DNA of 64,000 nt, from the NCBI RefSeq assembly GCF_018350175.1, contig NC_058368.1:49415815-49479814 (forward strand), written 5' to 3'. Source of the stretch: Felis catus (taxonomy: Eukaryota). Below, piece after piece: positions 63,090-64,000 of the stretch (position 1 is its first letter; each line of letters opens with the position of its first letter). The notes beneath the pieces are model-generated. The model was not told the DNA's origin, did not search any database, and saw only the letters and a program-made list of their open reading frames with translations. Position numbers and translations under genes: made by a program.

Positions 63090-63860
63090 ATTCTTACCTA
63101 AGCCTTTTTCTTCTTAATTGACAGATTCTGTATTGAAAAGTATACACATCTTGAGTGTAAAATTTCTCAAATATGTACACATCCATATAACCATCACCTA
63201 GATTAAGATATAGGCTATTTCTGGCCAATTCTCCTTTATGTCCCAAAGGTAACCACTATATCAACTTCCATCACTACTGAGTAGCTCTGCCTGGTATTGA
63301 ATTTCATATAAATCAAATCATACAATATGTATTTTTTTGTGTCTGGCTCTTCTTGCTCCACAGTATGTCTATGAGATTCATTAGGTTATTGTGTTCTTTT
63401 TATTGCTATGAGACATTGCATTGTTTTGAGGATATCAAAATGCATTTATCTACTCTAACACTGATGGAAATTTGAATTGTTTTCATTTGGGGGGTATTAT
63501 AGATAATAGTACTATTCTTGTACATGTAGTTTGATGGATATTAACAGTCAACTTCTATTGGGTATATGCTCAGGATTGATGCTAAGGGTTGGAAGTAATG
63601 GACACGTTTAGCTTTCTTGAGACAGTTTTACAAAGTTGACTTAACAATTTACACTTCTACCACCCCCCTGGATGACTGTCAATACTTGCCAGTTCTCATT
63701 GTAGCCATTCTGCTTGGTATGTGCTAGTTTCAGATGGTATATATAAATTGAATTTGTTTGAATTTATGATATTGATAATCTTTTGGCAATGCTTCATTTA
63801 AACATCCTTTTTTGTGAAGTTACTGTTGAAGTTTTTTACTCATTTTTCTTATTGATTTGT
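63090..63860 (-). mobile_element. Old L1M 3' region
   Basis: 'accatcacctagattaagatatagg...ggtaaccact...tgagattcat...gatggaaatttgaattgttttca...ttgggtatatgctcagga'. Confidence 0.8.
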
Positions 63861-64000
63861 TAGAGGTGATGTAGGATGGATGGATAGATAGGTAGATATT
63901 GGGAAATGACATTTAACAATAGATATATCTAACACTATGTATTACTAATGTCTTCTAGTATTTGACTTGCCTTGTCACTCTCTGTGTTTCAATTAACCAA

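Noticed and set aside
1..64000. CRISPR array, prokaryotic defence system, endogenous viral coding sequence or processed pseudogene
   Set aside because: The window is mammalian DNA with no repeat-spacer array, no gag/pol/env-like peptides and no recognisable cellular protein fragments in the ORF track. Highly decayed copies could be missed without a tBLASTn/BLASTx search.

Overview
This is a 64 kb mammalian genomic window from a cat-like carnivore, most likely Felidae, based on SINEC_Fc-type CanSINEs and carnivore L1s. It is AT-rich and dominated by repeats. I found no supportable cellular protein-coding gene, RNA gene or CRISPR array. Every long ORF in the track is an L1 fragment, antisense L1, SINE read-through or a microsatellite. 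The first 16.5 kb is a nest of L1 elements. It includes a 5'-inverted (twin-primed) L1 inside a MIR and an ancient L1M scaffold that hosts several younger L1s. One of these is a near-full-length dead L1 (5'UTR, ORF1, ORF2) whose 3' end has been lost. The rest holds most of the window's 22 CanSINEs (many with clear target-site duplications), MaLR/ERVL/ERV1 solo LTRs, hAT and Tigger fossils, MIR/L2 remnants, microsatellites and several repeat-poor blocks that may be regulatory. I see no convincing new biological system. The best leads are mutational footprints (twin priming, a 10-bp micro-inversion, a fold-back palindrome, an L1-L1 deletion junction), a strong CTCF motif in the L1 5'UTR, and weak hints that the window lies in an intron of a minus-strand gene. 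Repeat subfamily names come from recalled consensus sequences, not a database search, and the boundaries of old elements are approximate.
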